This document shows, piece by piece, positions 1-8,619 of a stretch of 64,000 nucleotides of DNA. A model generated the notes under the pieces. The model was not told the DNA's origin. It saw nothing but the letters and a program-made list of their open reading frames with translations, and ran no database searches. This stretch comes from Armatimonadota bacterium (GTDB lineage Bacteria > Armatimonadota > UBA10988). The stretch spans positions 12,237 through 76,236 of the forward strand of contig JACRKZ010000166.1 in assembly GCA_016235455.1 (NCBI GenBank). Reading direction: 5' to 3'. The position numbers and the translations under genes were made by a program. Position 1 is the first letter of the stretch; each line of letters opens with the position of its first letter.

Positions 1-650
1 GGTCGCTCGGCGGCGAAGTAGAGGGGCACCACCTCGATCTGCTCGCGGTGGATGTAGAGCCAGATGTCCAGCTCGGTCCAGTTGGACAGCGGGAAGACGC
101 GGATGGACTCGCCCTGGCCCACGCGGCCGTTGTAGAGGTTCCACAGCTCGGGCCGCTGGTTGCGCGGGTCCCACTGGCCGAACCGGTCGCGGAACGAGTA
201 GACCCGCTCCTTGGCGCGGGAGCGCTCCTCCTCGCGCCGCGCGCCGCCGAAGGCCGCATCGTAGCCACCCGCCGCCAGGGCGTTGAGCAGCGCCTGGGTC
301 TTGAGCTGCGCGCAGCAGCGCACGGTGCCCAGGTCATAGGGGTTGGCGCCGCCGGCGATGGCCTCCTCGTGGCGATAGACCCGCAGCTCGACGCCCGCCT
401 CGGCGCACACGCGGTCGCGGAAGGCCAGCATCTCGGGGAACTTGAGGCCGGTATCGACATGCAGCAGCGGGAAGGGCACGCGGCCCGGCGCAAAGGCCTT
501 CTGGGCCAGCCGCAGCATGACCGAGGAGTCTTTGCCGACCGAATAGAGCATCACCGGCCGCTCGAACTCGGCGGCCACCTCGCGCAGGATGTGAATGCTC
601 TCGGCCTCGAGCTGGTCCAAGGTCGACAGACGCAAGGGTTCGACCAGCAC
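1..650 (-). CDS. cysD: Sulfate adenylyltransferase subunit 2 (partial, runs off the window start)
   Basis: Not in the ORF track. Manual minus-strand translation from GTG at 650 (AGGAG 8 nt upstream) gives [68 protein letters not shown]...[15 protein letters not shown], which is classic CysD. Confidence 0.95.
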   Translation of the reverse strand, partial: MLVEPLRLSTLDQLEAESIHILREVAAEFERPVMLYSVGKDSSVMLRLAQKAFAPGRVPFPLLHVDTGLKFPEMLAFRDRVCAEAGVELRVYRHEEAIAGGANPYDLGTVRCCAQLKTQALLNALAAGGYDAAFGGARREEERSRAKERVYSFRDRFGQWDPRNQRPELWNLYNGRVGQGESIRVFPLSNWTELDIWLYIHREQIEVVPLYFAAER

Positions 651-704
651 TAGCACGGCTCCTAGGTCAGTACAGGAGTCTAGGACTCGCGCGCGCAAGC
701 GAAC

Positions 705-733
705 TTGACGATGGGGTCAAACTCTAGCACAAT
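705..733 (+). promoter_or_regulatory. Sigma70-type promoter for the AraC gene
   Basis: TTGACG(705-710)-N17-CACAAT(728-733), followed by GAGG and GTG at 753. Confidence 0.55.
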
Positions 734-752
734 CAGGCCAAGAGGAAGCGAC

Positions 753-1619
753 GTGCCGCGCGACCAGGTCATCACACGCGACGAGTACTTCGAGCCGGGC
801 CGTCTGCCGCTGGCCGTGCTGCGTGTCTCGGGTCACCGGCCGACCGCGGTGCATCGGCATGAGTTCTCGGAGCTGGTGGTGGTCTTCCGCGGTCGTGGGC
901 GCCATGTCACCGACTCGGGCAACTGGCCGATTCGCGCCGGCGACGTGTTTGTGCTCCATGGCGACCAGGCCCACGGCTACGAGAACACCGACGATCTCGA
1001 CCTGGCCAACATCCTCTTCAGCCTCGACGAACTGCCGCTGCCGCGGGTGGATCTGGGCGCGCTGCCTGGCTACCACGCGCTGTTCGACCTGGAACCGCGC
1101 TACCGCTCGCGCGACGGCTTCGACAGCCGCCTGCGCCTGGGACCCGAGCCGCTGCGCGCGGTGGCGGCGCTGGTCGACCGCCTGGCCGACGAGCTGCGCA
1201 GCCGCGAGCCGGGCTCCGGCTTCGCCAGTCTAGCCACGTTCATGCTGCTGGTGGCCGAGCTGAGCCGGCACTACACCAGCGACCCGCCGCCGGCGGCTCA
1301 GCCCCTGCTCGACCTGGGCCGCGTGGTCAGCTACCTCGAGCAGCATTTCGACGACGAGATCACGCTCGACAGCCTGGCCAAGATGGCCTGCCTGTCGCGC
1401 CGCTCGTTGACCCGCGCCTTCCGTGGCGCGTACGGCTGCTCACCCATCGATCACCTCATCCGGCTGCGCGTGGCGCGAGCCGCGGTGCTGCTCGAGGATC
1501 CTCGACTGAGCATCACCGAGATCGCCGGACGCACCGGGTTCGGCGATGGCAACTACCTGGCGCGTGTGTTCCGTCGGCAGATGGGTTGCACCCCGTCGGC
1601 GTACCGGCGGATGCGATAG
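753..1619 (+). CDS. AraC-family transcriptional regulator (RhaS/RhaR-like, cupin + HTH)
   Basis: HRHEFSELVVVFRGRGRH cupin; C-terminal LDSLAKMACLSRRSLTRAF...ITEIAGRTGFGDGNYLARVFRRQMGCTPSAYR. Start placed at the GTG after the RBS. Confidence 0.92.
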   Translation: MPRDQVITRDEYFEPGRLPLAVLRVSGHRPTAVHRHEFSELVVVFRGRGRHVTDSGNWPIRAGDVFVLHGDQAHGYENTDDLDLANILFSLDELPLPRVDLGALPGYHALFDLEPRYRSRDGFDSRLRLGPEPLRAVAALVDRLADELRSREPGSGFASLATFMLLVAELSRHYTSDPPPAAQPLLDLGRVVSYLEQHFDDEITLDSLAKMACLSRRSLTRAFRGAYGCSPIDHLIRLRVARAAVLLEDPRLSITEIAGRTGFGDGNYLARVFRRQMGCTPSAYRRMR

Positions 1620-1633
1620 CACGGGAGATGGCG

Positions 1634-2506
1634 ATGCGCGTGGCCCCAGTGGTTCTGCTCCTGCTGGCCAGCGCCGCGCTGGCCGCGCCCGACGACGGGC
1701 GCCGACTGCTGTTTGCCTGCGAAGGGCAGCACCGGATCGTCGAGTTCGGCCCCGACGGCGGCGTGGTCTGGGAGTACCCGGCCGAGATGGCACGCGATGT
1801 CTGGCGGTTGCCCAACGGCAACACGCTGTTCTGCTACAACGATGCCTACGACGGTGGCAACAGCAACCCCAGCGGCGTGATGGAGGTCACGCCCGACAAG
1901 CGCGTGGTCTTCAGGTTCGGCACCACCGGCCAGGTCTGGAGCTGCCAGCGCCTGGCTGACGGCACCACACTGGTCGGCGCCGCCAGCCAGGGCAAGCTGC
2001 TCATCGTCGGACCCGACAGCGCGCTGGTTCGGTCCATCGCCCTCAAGGGCGCGCCCGGCCATAGCTGTTTGCGCAACGCCCGGCAGATCGAGGGCGGGCA
2101 CTTCCTGGTGGCCGAGGAGGGATCGCGGGCCGTGCGCGAGTATGCGGCCGACGGCGCGCTGCTGCGCGAGATCACCGTCGACTTCCCACCTTACTCAGCG
2201 GTACGACTGGCCAACGGCAACACACTCGCTTGCGGACAAGGCAAGATGGTCGAGGTCGACGCCACCGAGCAGGTGGTCTGGTCGCTGACCGCCGCAGACG
2301 TGGCCGACCTGGGCGTTCGCTGGTTCTCTGGGCTGCAGGCGCTGCCGGACGGTCGGGTCCTGGTGTCGAACGCCGGCGGCAAGGTGCCGTTCTTCGAGGT
2401 CGACCGTGCCAAGCAGGTCAGCTGGCGCTGGCCGGCCGACGCGCCGACGGTGGCAATGGGCCATGGCGTGCAGCGTCTGGACGTGGCGGGCGCGCCGATA
2501 CGCTAG
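1634..2506 (+). CDS. Secreted beta-propeller protein (PQQ-like/arylsulfotransferase-like repeats)
   Basis: Signal peptide MRVAPVVLLLLASAALA; repeated 'RLxNGNTL / ExxxDGxVVW' blades. Confidence 0.7.
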   Translation: MRVAPVVLLLLASAALAAPDDGRRLLFACEGQHRIVEFGPDGGVVWEYPAEMARDVWRLPNGNTLFCYNDAYDGGNSNPSGVMEVTPDKRVVFRFGTTGQVWSCQRLADGTTLVGAASQGKLLIVGPDSALVRSIALKGAPGHSCLRNARQIEGGHFLVAEEGSRAVREYAADGALLREITVDFPPYSAVRLANGNTLACGQGKMVEVDATEQVVWSLTAADVADLGVRWFSGLQALPDGRVLVSNAGGKVPFFEVDRAKQVSWRWPADAPTVAMGHGVQRLDVAGAPIR

Positions 2507-2522
2507 AGCCGAGGAGGTACAC

Positions 2523-4019
2523 ATGACCGCGCTCCTGATGACCGCGCTGTTGCTGGCGCCGGGCGATGCTGACCGCTGGACGGCGGAGCAGGCCTGGTCA
2601 TGGTACATGGCTCGGCCGTGGCTGGTTGGCTGCAACTACGTGCCCGCCACGGCGGTGAACGACGTGGCGATGTGGCAGGCGGCCACGTTCGATGCCAAGA
2701 CCATTGACCGCGAACTGGGCCTGGCGCAGGACCTGGGCTTCAACACTGTGCGCGTGTTCCTCAACTACGTGGTGTGGGAGGACAACCCCGTCGCGCTCAA
2801 GGCCAACTTCGGCCAGTTCCTGACGCTTGCCGACAAACACGGGCTGGTGACGCTGCCCATCCTGTTCGATGATTGTTTCAAGCCCGAGCCGCGCGTGGGC
2901 CCCCAGGAGGCACCGGAGCCGGGGGTCCACAACAGCCAGTGGGTGCAGAGCCCCGGCGCCAGCCGTCGCGACAACCGCGCCGCCTGGCCCAAGCTCGAGC
3001 AGTACGTCAAGGACTTGGTCGGCACGTTCGCCGCGGACCCGCGCGTGCTGGCCTGGGAGCTGTACAACGAGCCCACCGCTTCGCTGCCGTTGGTGGAGGC
3101 GGCTTTCGGCTGGGCTCGCGCCGCCAAGCCGAGCCAGCCGCTGACCACGACCGTCTACGGCGATGAGGCCATGCAGAGGCGCATCGCCGCCTTGTCCGAC
3201 GTGCTGAGCTTCCACAACTACGGCCCGCTGCCCGAGGTCACCGACCAGGCCGCGAGGCTGCTGGCCCAAGGCCGGCCCGTGCTCTGCACCGAATGGCTGG
3301 CGCGCGGGGTGGGCAGTCAGGTCGAGAGCCATCTGCCGTACTTCCGCGAGAACAAGGTCGCCTGCTGGAACTGGGGCTTGGTGGCCGGCCGCACGCAGAC
3401 CATGTACCCCTGGGGCTCACCCAAGGGCGCGCCGGAGCCGGCGGTGTGGCACCATGACCTGTTGCGGCCCGACGGCACGCCGTACAGCAAGCGTGAGGTG
3501 CAGGTGATCAAGGTGGTCACCGGCCGGTTGCCGGCCAGCGCGGTGCCGGTGCGCACCGTGCTGGTGGCCACCGCCGAGCGCACGCCGCAGCCGTGGCGCT
3601 TCACCTTGGCCCAGCCGGCTGCCGACTGGTTCAGCCCGACCTTCGCCGACACCGGCTGGCAGCTCGGCGCGGCGCCGTTCGGCACGGAGGAGGCCCGCTA
3701 TGCCCGTCGGCCAATGACGATCTGGACCACGCCGGACATCTGGTTGCGGCGTGCGTTCACGCTGCCCGAAGGCGGCTGGGGCGAGCCGGTGGTCGTCTGC
3801 CACCATGATGAGGACGTGGAGGTCTACCTGAACGGCGTGCTGGCGGCGCGCCTCCCCGGCTACAACGCGACCTACGACCGCTTCGACATCGCGCCAGCGG
3901 CGCGCGCCGCATTGCGGCCCGGGCGCAACCTGCTGGCTGTGCACTGCCGCCAGACCCGCGGTGGGCAGTATGTGGATGTGGGCATCGAGGGCGAGCCGCC
4001 CTCCAACGCGCCGCGCTAG
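2523..4019 (+). CDS. Secreted GH5-like (clan A) glycoside hydrolase with C-terminal galactose-binding-like jelly roll
   Basis: GCNYVP, LGFNTVRVF, WELYNEP (acid/base) and CTEW (nucleophile); C-terminal DIWLRRAF..HDEDVEVYLNG..NLLAVHCRQTRGGQYVD; RBS GAGGAGG. Confidence 0.85.
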   Translation: MTALLMTALLLAPGDADRWTAEQAWSWYMARPWLVGCNYVPATAVNDVAMWQAATFDAKTIDRELGLAQDLGFNTVRVFLNYVVWEDNPVALKANFGQFLTLADKHGLVTLPILFDDCFKPEPRVGPQEAPEPGVHNSQWVQSPGASRRDNRAAWPKLEQYVKDLVGTFAADPRVLAWELYNEPTASLPLVEAAFGWARAAKPSQPLTTTVYGDEAMQRRIAALSDVLSFHNYGPLPEVTDQAARLLAQGRPVLCTEWLARGVGSQVESHLPYFRENKVACWNWGLVAGRTQTMYPWGSPKGAPEPAVWHHDLLRPDGTPYSKREVQVIKVVTGRLPASAVPVRTVLVATAERTPQPWRFTLAQPAADWFSPTFADTGWQLGAAPFGTEEARYARRPMTIWTTPDIWLRRAFTLPEGGWGEPVVVCHHDEDVEVYLNGVLAARLPGYNATYDRFDIAPAARAALRPGRNLLAVHCRQTRGGQYVDVGIEGEPPSNAPR

Positions 4020-4020
4020 C

Positions 4021-4410
4021 TCAGCCCACCATCGGCTGTGCGCGCTTGACCAGCTGGATGGCGAAGCCGAACGGGTCGCGCATCATGCAGATCACATCGC
4101 CGCTGGGAATGGTGCGGGCAGCTTCCTGCACTTCGGCACCGGCGGCCAGCAGGCGATCGCGCTCGGCTTCCACATCCTCGACGCTGAAGGCGATGTGCAG
4201 CACCAGCGGGTTCTGCTCGCGGTAGTCGGGCAGCGGCGCGGTGGGGTTGCAGTAGAACTCGACCATCACCTGGCCCGAGGCGTCGGCCAGGAAGGTGGTG
4301 TACGGCGGCTCGGGTTGGGCGCGCCGCACCTGGAAGCCGAGGTGCTTCGTGTACCACTCGGCGACCGCTTGGGGATCGGCCACCTGATAGCCGACGTGTT
4401 CGATACGCAT
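4021..4410 (-). CDS. VOC/glyoxalase family protein
   Basis: MRIEHVGYQV...VMVEFY...LHIAFSV...RDPFGFAIQL; start moved to ATG 4410. Confidence 0.88.
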   Translation of the reverse strand: MRIEHVGYQVADPQAVAEWYTKHLGFQVRRAQPEPPYTTFLADASGQVMVEFYCNPTAPLPDYREQNPLVLHIAFSVEDVEAERDRLLAAGAEVQEAARTIPSGDVICMMRDPFGFAIQLVKRAQPMVG

Positions 4411-4478
4411 GGTTACGTCTCCGGAAACAGCCAGGCCGACCCCACGGGCCGGCCTGGCGCGATCAGCCTGGCTGACAC

Positions 4479-5399
4479 CTACTTGGGCTTCTGCTTGTCG
4501 GCTTCGGGCTGGAAGCGCTCGATGAGCCCTTGGATCTGCTCGGCGTTGTCGCTCTTGGGGTCCACCGCGAGAGCCTTCTTGAGCAGGGCCACAAGCCCGA
4601 CGAAGTCCTTGGTGTTGAAGAAGCATTCGCCCTCTTCGAGCATGGCCTGCTGCTTCTGCTCAGCGGTCACGCCGTCGAGCTTGGCGGCCTTCTCGAAGGC
4701 GGCCTTGGCCTCTTCGTTCTTGTCCGCGGCCAGCAGCGCGCGCGCGGCGTCCATGGCGGCCCGGTAGGCGTACTTCTTCTTCAGGCCGGCCTTGCCATCG
4801 GCGTCGAGCTTGACGATCTCCGCGGAATAGGCGGGGATGTCCTCGGTGCCCACTTCGAGCGCGTCCAATGCGGTCACCACCTGGTCGAGCAGCTTGGCGC
4901 GCTCGACGCCCTTGGCGGCGTCAGCCTTGGTCTTAAGGTCTTTGACGTCCTTGGCCGCCTTGACCAGTTCGCCCAGGTGCGCGATGTACTTCTCGGGGCC
5001 GCCCTCCTGATAGCCGGTCTTGGCCACGGCCTTGCCCTCGGCGTCGAGCAGCAGGATGGTCGGGAAGCCCTCAATCTTGAACTGCGCCTGCAGCTTCTCG
5101 TTCTGGGCCTTGAGCGGCGCGGGCAGCTCCTTCTTGTTGGGGAAGTCCAGCTCCAACAGCACGAAGCTCTTGGGCGCGGCGGCCTTGAACTCGTCCTTGT
5201 CGAAGACTTCGCCCTTGAGCTTGATGCACCAGCCGCACCAGTCCGAGCCGGTGAAGTCGGCTAGGATCAGCTTACCGTCGGCCTTGGCCCGGGTCTTGGC
5301 GGCCTCAAAATCGGTGATCCACAGGCTCTCTTCGGCCAATGCCGGCAACACCAGCACACCGAGCAGCAGCAAGAGCGAAGCGAGAGAACGTTGTCGCAT
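4479..5399 (-). CDS. Secreted thioredoxin-fold (DsbH-like) protein with C-terminal TPR-like helices
   Basis: Signal peptide; FTGSDWCGWCIKL active site; IEGFPT cis-Pro loop; start ATG 5399. Confidence 0.88.
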   Translation of the reverse strand: MRQRSLASLLLLLGVLVLPALAEESLWITDFEAAKTRAKADGKLILADFTGSDWCGWCIKLKGEVFDKDEFKAAAPKSFVLLELDFPNKKELPAPLKAQNEKLQAQFKIEGFPTILLLDAEGKAVAKTGYQEGGPEKYIAHLGELVKAAKDVKDLKTKADAAKGVERAKLLDQVVTALDALEVGTEDIPAYSAEIVKLDADGKAGLKKKYAYRAAMDAARALLAADKNEEAKAAFEKAAKLDGVTAEQKQQAMLEEGECFFNTKDFVGLVALLKKALAVDPKSDNAEQIQGLIERFQPEADKQKPK

Positions 5400-5622
5400 A
5401 CGGGTCACTCCATGGCCCAGGCAGCGGCCCGAGCGGCTGGTAGAGCATACACTGCGGCGCACACCGGGCACAAGGGCGGGATGTGACCGGCCAGTGATCC
5501 GTGTGGGTACGACGCGGCCGCCCTGGCACCGGCTCGTCGCCACGCCGGGGCCCCCTCGCCGCCGTGCCGCACCCCGGTTCGGCCAACTCGCGACTGGTTC
5601 GACGGCAGACCCAGAAAAGGCC

Positions 5623-5651
5623 TTGACGGCCCGCGTCACTCGTACGATAAT
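5623..5651 (+). promoter_or_regulatory. Sigma70-type promoter of arsR (probably leaderless)
   Basis: TTGACG-N17-GATAAT; the ATG begins 7 nt after the end of the -10 box. Confidence 0.65.
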
Positions 5652-5657
5652 ACGTGC

Positions 5658-6020
5658 ATGGGTGTGCAACTGGACAAACAGGAGACGCAGGAGCCGGAGG
5701 GCACGACGGGCGGTTGCGGCTGCATGACAGGCATGCCCGACGCGCGGTTCTTCAAGGCGTTGTGCGAGCCGACGCGGCTGCGTATCCTGGCGGTGCTGCT
5801 CGAGGCGGGCGCGCCGCGCGCCGTGTCGGATATCGCCCAGGGGTTCGACGTCGATGTGTCGGTGGTCTCCCGGCATCTGGCGATGCTGCGTGACCAGCGG
5901 ATCCTCACCGCCACGCGCCAGGGACGCGAGATCTACTACAGCGTCGACCATGCGCATCTGGTGGCGGCGCTACGCGACTTCGCCGCCGCCATCGAGGTCT
6001 GCTGCCCGCCTTCGGGCTGA
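5658..6020 (+). CDS. arsR: ArsR/SmtB metalloregulator
   Basis: FFKALCEPTRLRILAVL...VSDIA...VSRHLAMLRDQ...RQGREIYY; N-terminal GCGC and C-terminal CC; lies upstream of arsM. Confidence 0.9.
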   Translation: MGVQLDKQETQEPEGTTGGCGCMTGMPDARFFKALCEPTRLRILAVLLEAGAPRAVSDIAQGFDVDVSVVSRHLAMLRDQRILTATRQGREIYYSVDHAHLVAALRDFAAAIEVCCPPSG

Positions 6021-6065
6021 TCAAGGCACAGCTTGGTCCCGTGCGCCCATCGTGTGCGCAAAGAC

Positions 6066-6093
6066 ATGCATATGTGCACAATTGCACAGACAT
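6066..6093 (+). promoter_or_regulatory. Putative ArsR operator upstream of arsM
   Basis: AT-richer TGCA-repeat dyad (tgtgca-caat-tgcaca); 19/28 nt identical to 5654-5681, which overlaps the arsR start. Confidence 0.5.
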
Positions 6094-6149
6094 ACCATTC
6101 AGAGCGGCCGCGTCGGCGAGGAAGCCGGCGCGGCAGGAAGGGAAGACCG

Positions 6150-7004
6150 ATGAGTGAGAAGCAGAGCGTGGTAGACGCCGATGCCGTCCGGACCTCCGTG
6201 GCGGAGTCCTACACGGCGCGTGTGGCGCAGGCGGGCGGCTGCGGTTGCGGCTGTGGTGACAGCGGCGCGAAGTCGGCGGGCTACACCGCGGACGACCTGA
6301 GCCGGGTGCCCGAGAGCGCCGCGGTGCCGTCGTTCGGGTGTGGCAACCCGCTGGCCTTCAGCGAGGTGCGGCCGGGCCAGACGGTGCTTGATCTGGGCTC
6401 CGGGGCTGGCCTGGATCTGCTCATCGCCGCGGAGAAGGTCGGCCCCGAGGGCCGGGTGATCGGCGTCGACATGACCGAGGCCATGGTCGACCGCGCGCGG
6501 CGCAATGTGGCGGCTGCCGGGCTGGGGCAGGTGGAGGTCAGGCAGGGCCTGATCGAAGCGCTGCCCGTGGAATCGGGCAGCGTCGACTGGGTCATCTCCA
6601 ACTGCGTGATCAACCTCTCCCCGGAGAAGGAGCGCGTGTTTGCCGAGATCGCCCGCGTGCTGCGGCCGGGCGGGCGGATGCTGGTCTCGGACATCGTGGC
6701 GGAGAACCTGCCGGAGTGGCTGCGGGCCAGCGTAGCGGCCCACGCCGCGTGCGTGGGCGGGGCGCTCAGCGAGGCGGAGTACCTGGCGGGGTTGCGGGCG
6801 GCCGGCCTGACCGAGGTGGCCGTGATCGGGCGGCATGACTTCGGCGAGCAGGAGTTGCGGGCCGTCGCGGCGTCCGAGGGGCTGGCGTCATTGGACACGG
6901 GCGGCGCTGGTGCGGCGTCCGTCGACGACGTCCTGGCCACGCCGGGCCTGAACGTGGCCAGCATCAAGGTCAGCGCTCGCAAGCCGAGTTGCTGCTCGGG
7001 CTAA
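6150..7004 (+). CDS. arsM: Arsenite S-adenosylmethionine methyltransferase
   Basis: SFGCGNP, VLDLGSGAGLD, ISNCVINLSPEK and ACVGGA conserved Cys motifs; Cys-rich N- and C-termini. Confidence 0.9.
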   Translation: MSEKQSVVDADAVRTSVAESYTARVAQAGGCGCGCGDSGAKSAGYTADDLSRVPESAAVPSFGCGNPLAFSEVRPGQTVLDLGSGAGLDLLIAAEKVGPEGRVIGVDMTEAMVDRARRNVAAAGLGQVEVRQGLIEALPVESGSVDWVISNCVINLSPEKERVFAEIARVLRPGGRMLVSDIVAENLPEWLRASVAAHAACVGGALSEAEYLAGLRAAGLTEVAVIGRHDFGEQELRAVAASEGLASLDTGGAGAASVDDVLATPGLNVASIKVSARKPSCCSG

Positions 7005-7010
7005 CCGAAG

Positions 7011-7057
7011 GCTGTGAGCACGGCTCGGTGCGTGCTGCGCCGGGCCGTGCTCACGGC
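7011..7057. terminator. Hairpin between convergent arsM and GH99-like genes
   Basis: gctgtgagcacggc...gccgtgctcacggc stem, extended inward with G-U pairs. Confidence 0.55.
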
Positions 7058-8610
7058 TTGACCCGAATGCCCACATCATCCACCCACGCCGCTCCGCCGC
7101 GCGCGACGACCTCCAGGTCGATCTTGGCCGCCTCGGCCTCGGCCCAGGTCAGCGCCCTGGCCACACGCGTCCACTCGGTGCCGGCGGTGGCACCGATCTC
7201 GAGGTAGCGGCCCAGCCAGCGGCCGTCGTCGCCAAACAGCGCGCACTTGAGCTCGGCGCTCGCGCCCGGCGCGCAGCGGATCCAGGCCCACACCTCCACC
7301 GTCGCGCCGACCTTGACCGGCACCGGCGTCGCCGACTTCAGGTTGGGCTCCGGCGCGTCGAGCTTGACCGATCGGCGCCCACCGTGGGGGCCAGTCTCGT
7401 CGAACACGACGTCGCCGCCGCCGTAGTTGACCCAGCCCCAGCGTCGCTCGAAGCCCGGGTTGTAGAGCAGGTTGCCGTCTTGGGCAGCCAGGTCGGCGGC
7501 GGTGAACACCGGGATGTCGTCGTACACCGGCACACTGACGCCCAGCGAGTGCGGCGTCGGGTCGACGTGGTTGGGGCTGTCGGGGCAGAAGGCGTCGCGC
7601 AGTGCGTCGAGGTAGCCGAAGCCGTGCTGCTCAGTTGGCTCCAGGTAGCTGCCTTCGCCAAACTCGTTCCAGCACTCGGCGATGACGGCATTCACCTCCG
7701 GGTCGACATAGCGCTTGGCCGCCTCGCACATGGCGCGGAACTTCTCGGGCCGGGCGCCGGTGCGCACCATGGCCTTGTCGCCATACCACGGCCGCGAGTC
7801 CCAGCCGGGCGAGACCGGCGGGATGAACGGCAGCACGCCTTCGTCGCGCGCCTGCCGCCACATCGTCTCGTAGCCGCTGACCATGGTGTCATACGGCGCC
7901 TGCCGGGCGCCGGGCGGCAGGTTGATGCTGGCGTAGTTGTAGGCCGAGCAGGCGCTGTAGCCGGCGGCCTTGAGCGACTTCTGGTCGTGCTGGGCCAGCG
8001 CCACCAGGAACAGCCGGGTGCCGGCCTCGGCTTCCATGCGGCGGATGAGCGCGGCGCAGCCCTCGACGCCGAAGCGCTCGATGAGCCGCCGCGGCTGGGA
8101 CACCCAGACCACCGCGCCGTCCTTGATCTTCAGGTAGTTGGGCTGGCCAAGGTAGCGCTCGCGCCAGACGCGCGCCATGCGCAGCATCTGCTCCTCGGTA
8201 TAGTCGACCGGGCCGGCCTCCTCGTTGCACCAGAAGACGCCGAAGCGCATCTGGTCGCGGTAGCGGGCGCGCAGGAAGCCCTGATCCAGCGCGCTGTTGT
8301 GGATGCTGACCTGGCCGGACCGGTAGTCGTAGTACCAGTCGAAGGCGAAGAAGTCGATGCCGTGCTCGACCGCCCATTTGATATGCCAGTCGGCCACCTC
8401 GGGCTCGCCGTCGCGATACCAGCCGAGCACGGGCACCGGCCAGCCGTTCTGCGCCATGGGCACCCAGCGGGCGGCGTTGAAGTGGCCGGGGAAGTAGTAG
8501 CTGCCGACGAGCAGCGGGCTGGCGGCGGGTTGCGGCGTCGGCGGCAAATCGGTCTGGCCAACCCCGGCCAGGCCGAGCAGCGCGATCAACACCAGGGCCA
8601 GGCTGGTCAT
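7051..8610 (-). CDS. Secreted GH99-like (WbsX/GH71-99 fold) hydrolase with C-terminal CBM4/9-like domain
   Basis: YYFPGH, GWY...DWHIKWAVEHGIDFFAFDWY, SPGWDSRPW and WNEFGEGSYLEP; C-terminal NLLYNPGFE...WVDDV. Confidence 0.8.
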   Translation of the reverse strand: MTSLALVLIALLGLAGVGQTDLPPTPQPAASPLLVGSYYFPGHFNAARWVPMAQNGWPVPVLGWYRDGEPEVADWHIKWAVEHGIDFFAFDWYYDYRSGQVSIHNSALDQGFLRARYRDQMRFGVFWCNEEAGPVDYTEEQMLRMARVWRERYLGQPNYLKIKDGAVVWVSQPRRLIERFGVEGCAALIRRMEAEAGTRLFLVALAQHDQKSLKAAGYSACSAYNYASINLPPGARQAPYDTMVSGYETMWRQARDEGVLPFIPPVSPGWDSRPWYGDKAMVRTGARPEKFRAMCEAAKRYVDPEVNAVIAECWNEFGEGSYLEPTEQHGFGYLDALRDAFCPDSPNHVDPTPHSLGVSVPVYDDIPVFTAADLAAQDGNLLYNPGFERRWGWVNYGGGDVVFDETGPHGGRRSVKLDAPEPNLKSATPVPVKVGATVEVWAWIRCAPGASAELKCALFGDDGRWLGRYLEIGATAGTEWTRVARALTWAEAEAAKIDLEVVARGGAAWVDDVGIRVKP

Positions 8611-8619
8611 GGGCGGCTC

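Noticed and set aside
48-653. 201-aa plus-strand ORF
   Set aside because: It is the antisense shadow of cysD, which has clear motifs on the minus strand.
4479-5399. Thioredoxin as the ArsM reductant
   Set aside because: It has a signal peptide, so it is likely exported, while ArsM is cytoplasmic; adjacency alone is insufficient.
5400-5957. N-terminal extensions in the ORF track (also 2406, 6033, 13747, 22118, 42265, 63221)
   Set aside because: They overlap neighbouring genes; downstream starts with RBS, signal peptide or family N-terminus fit better.
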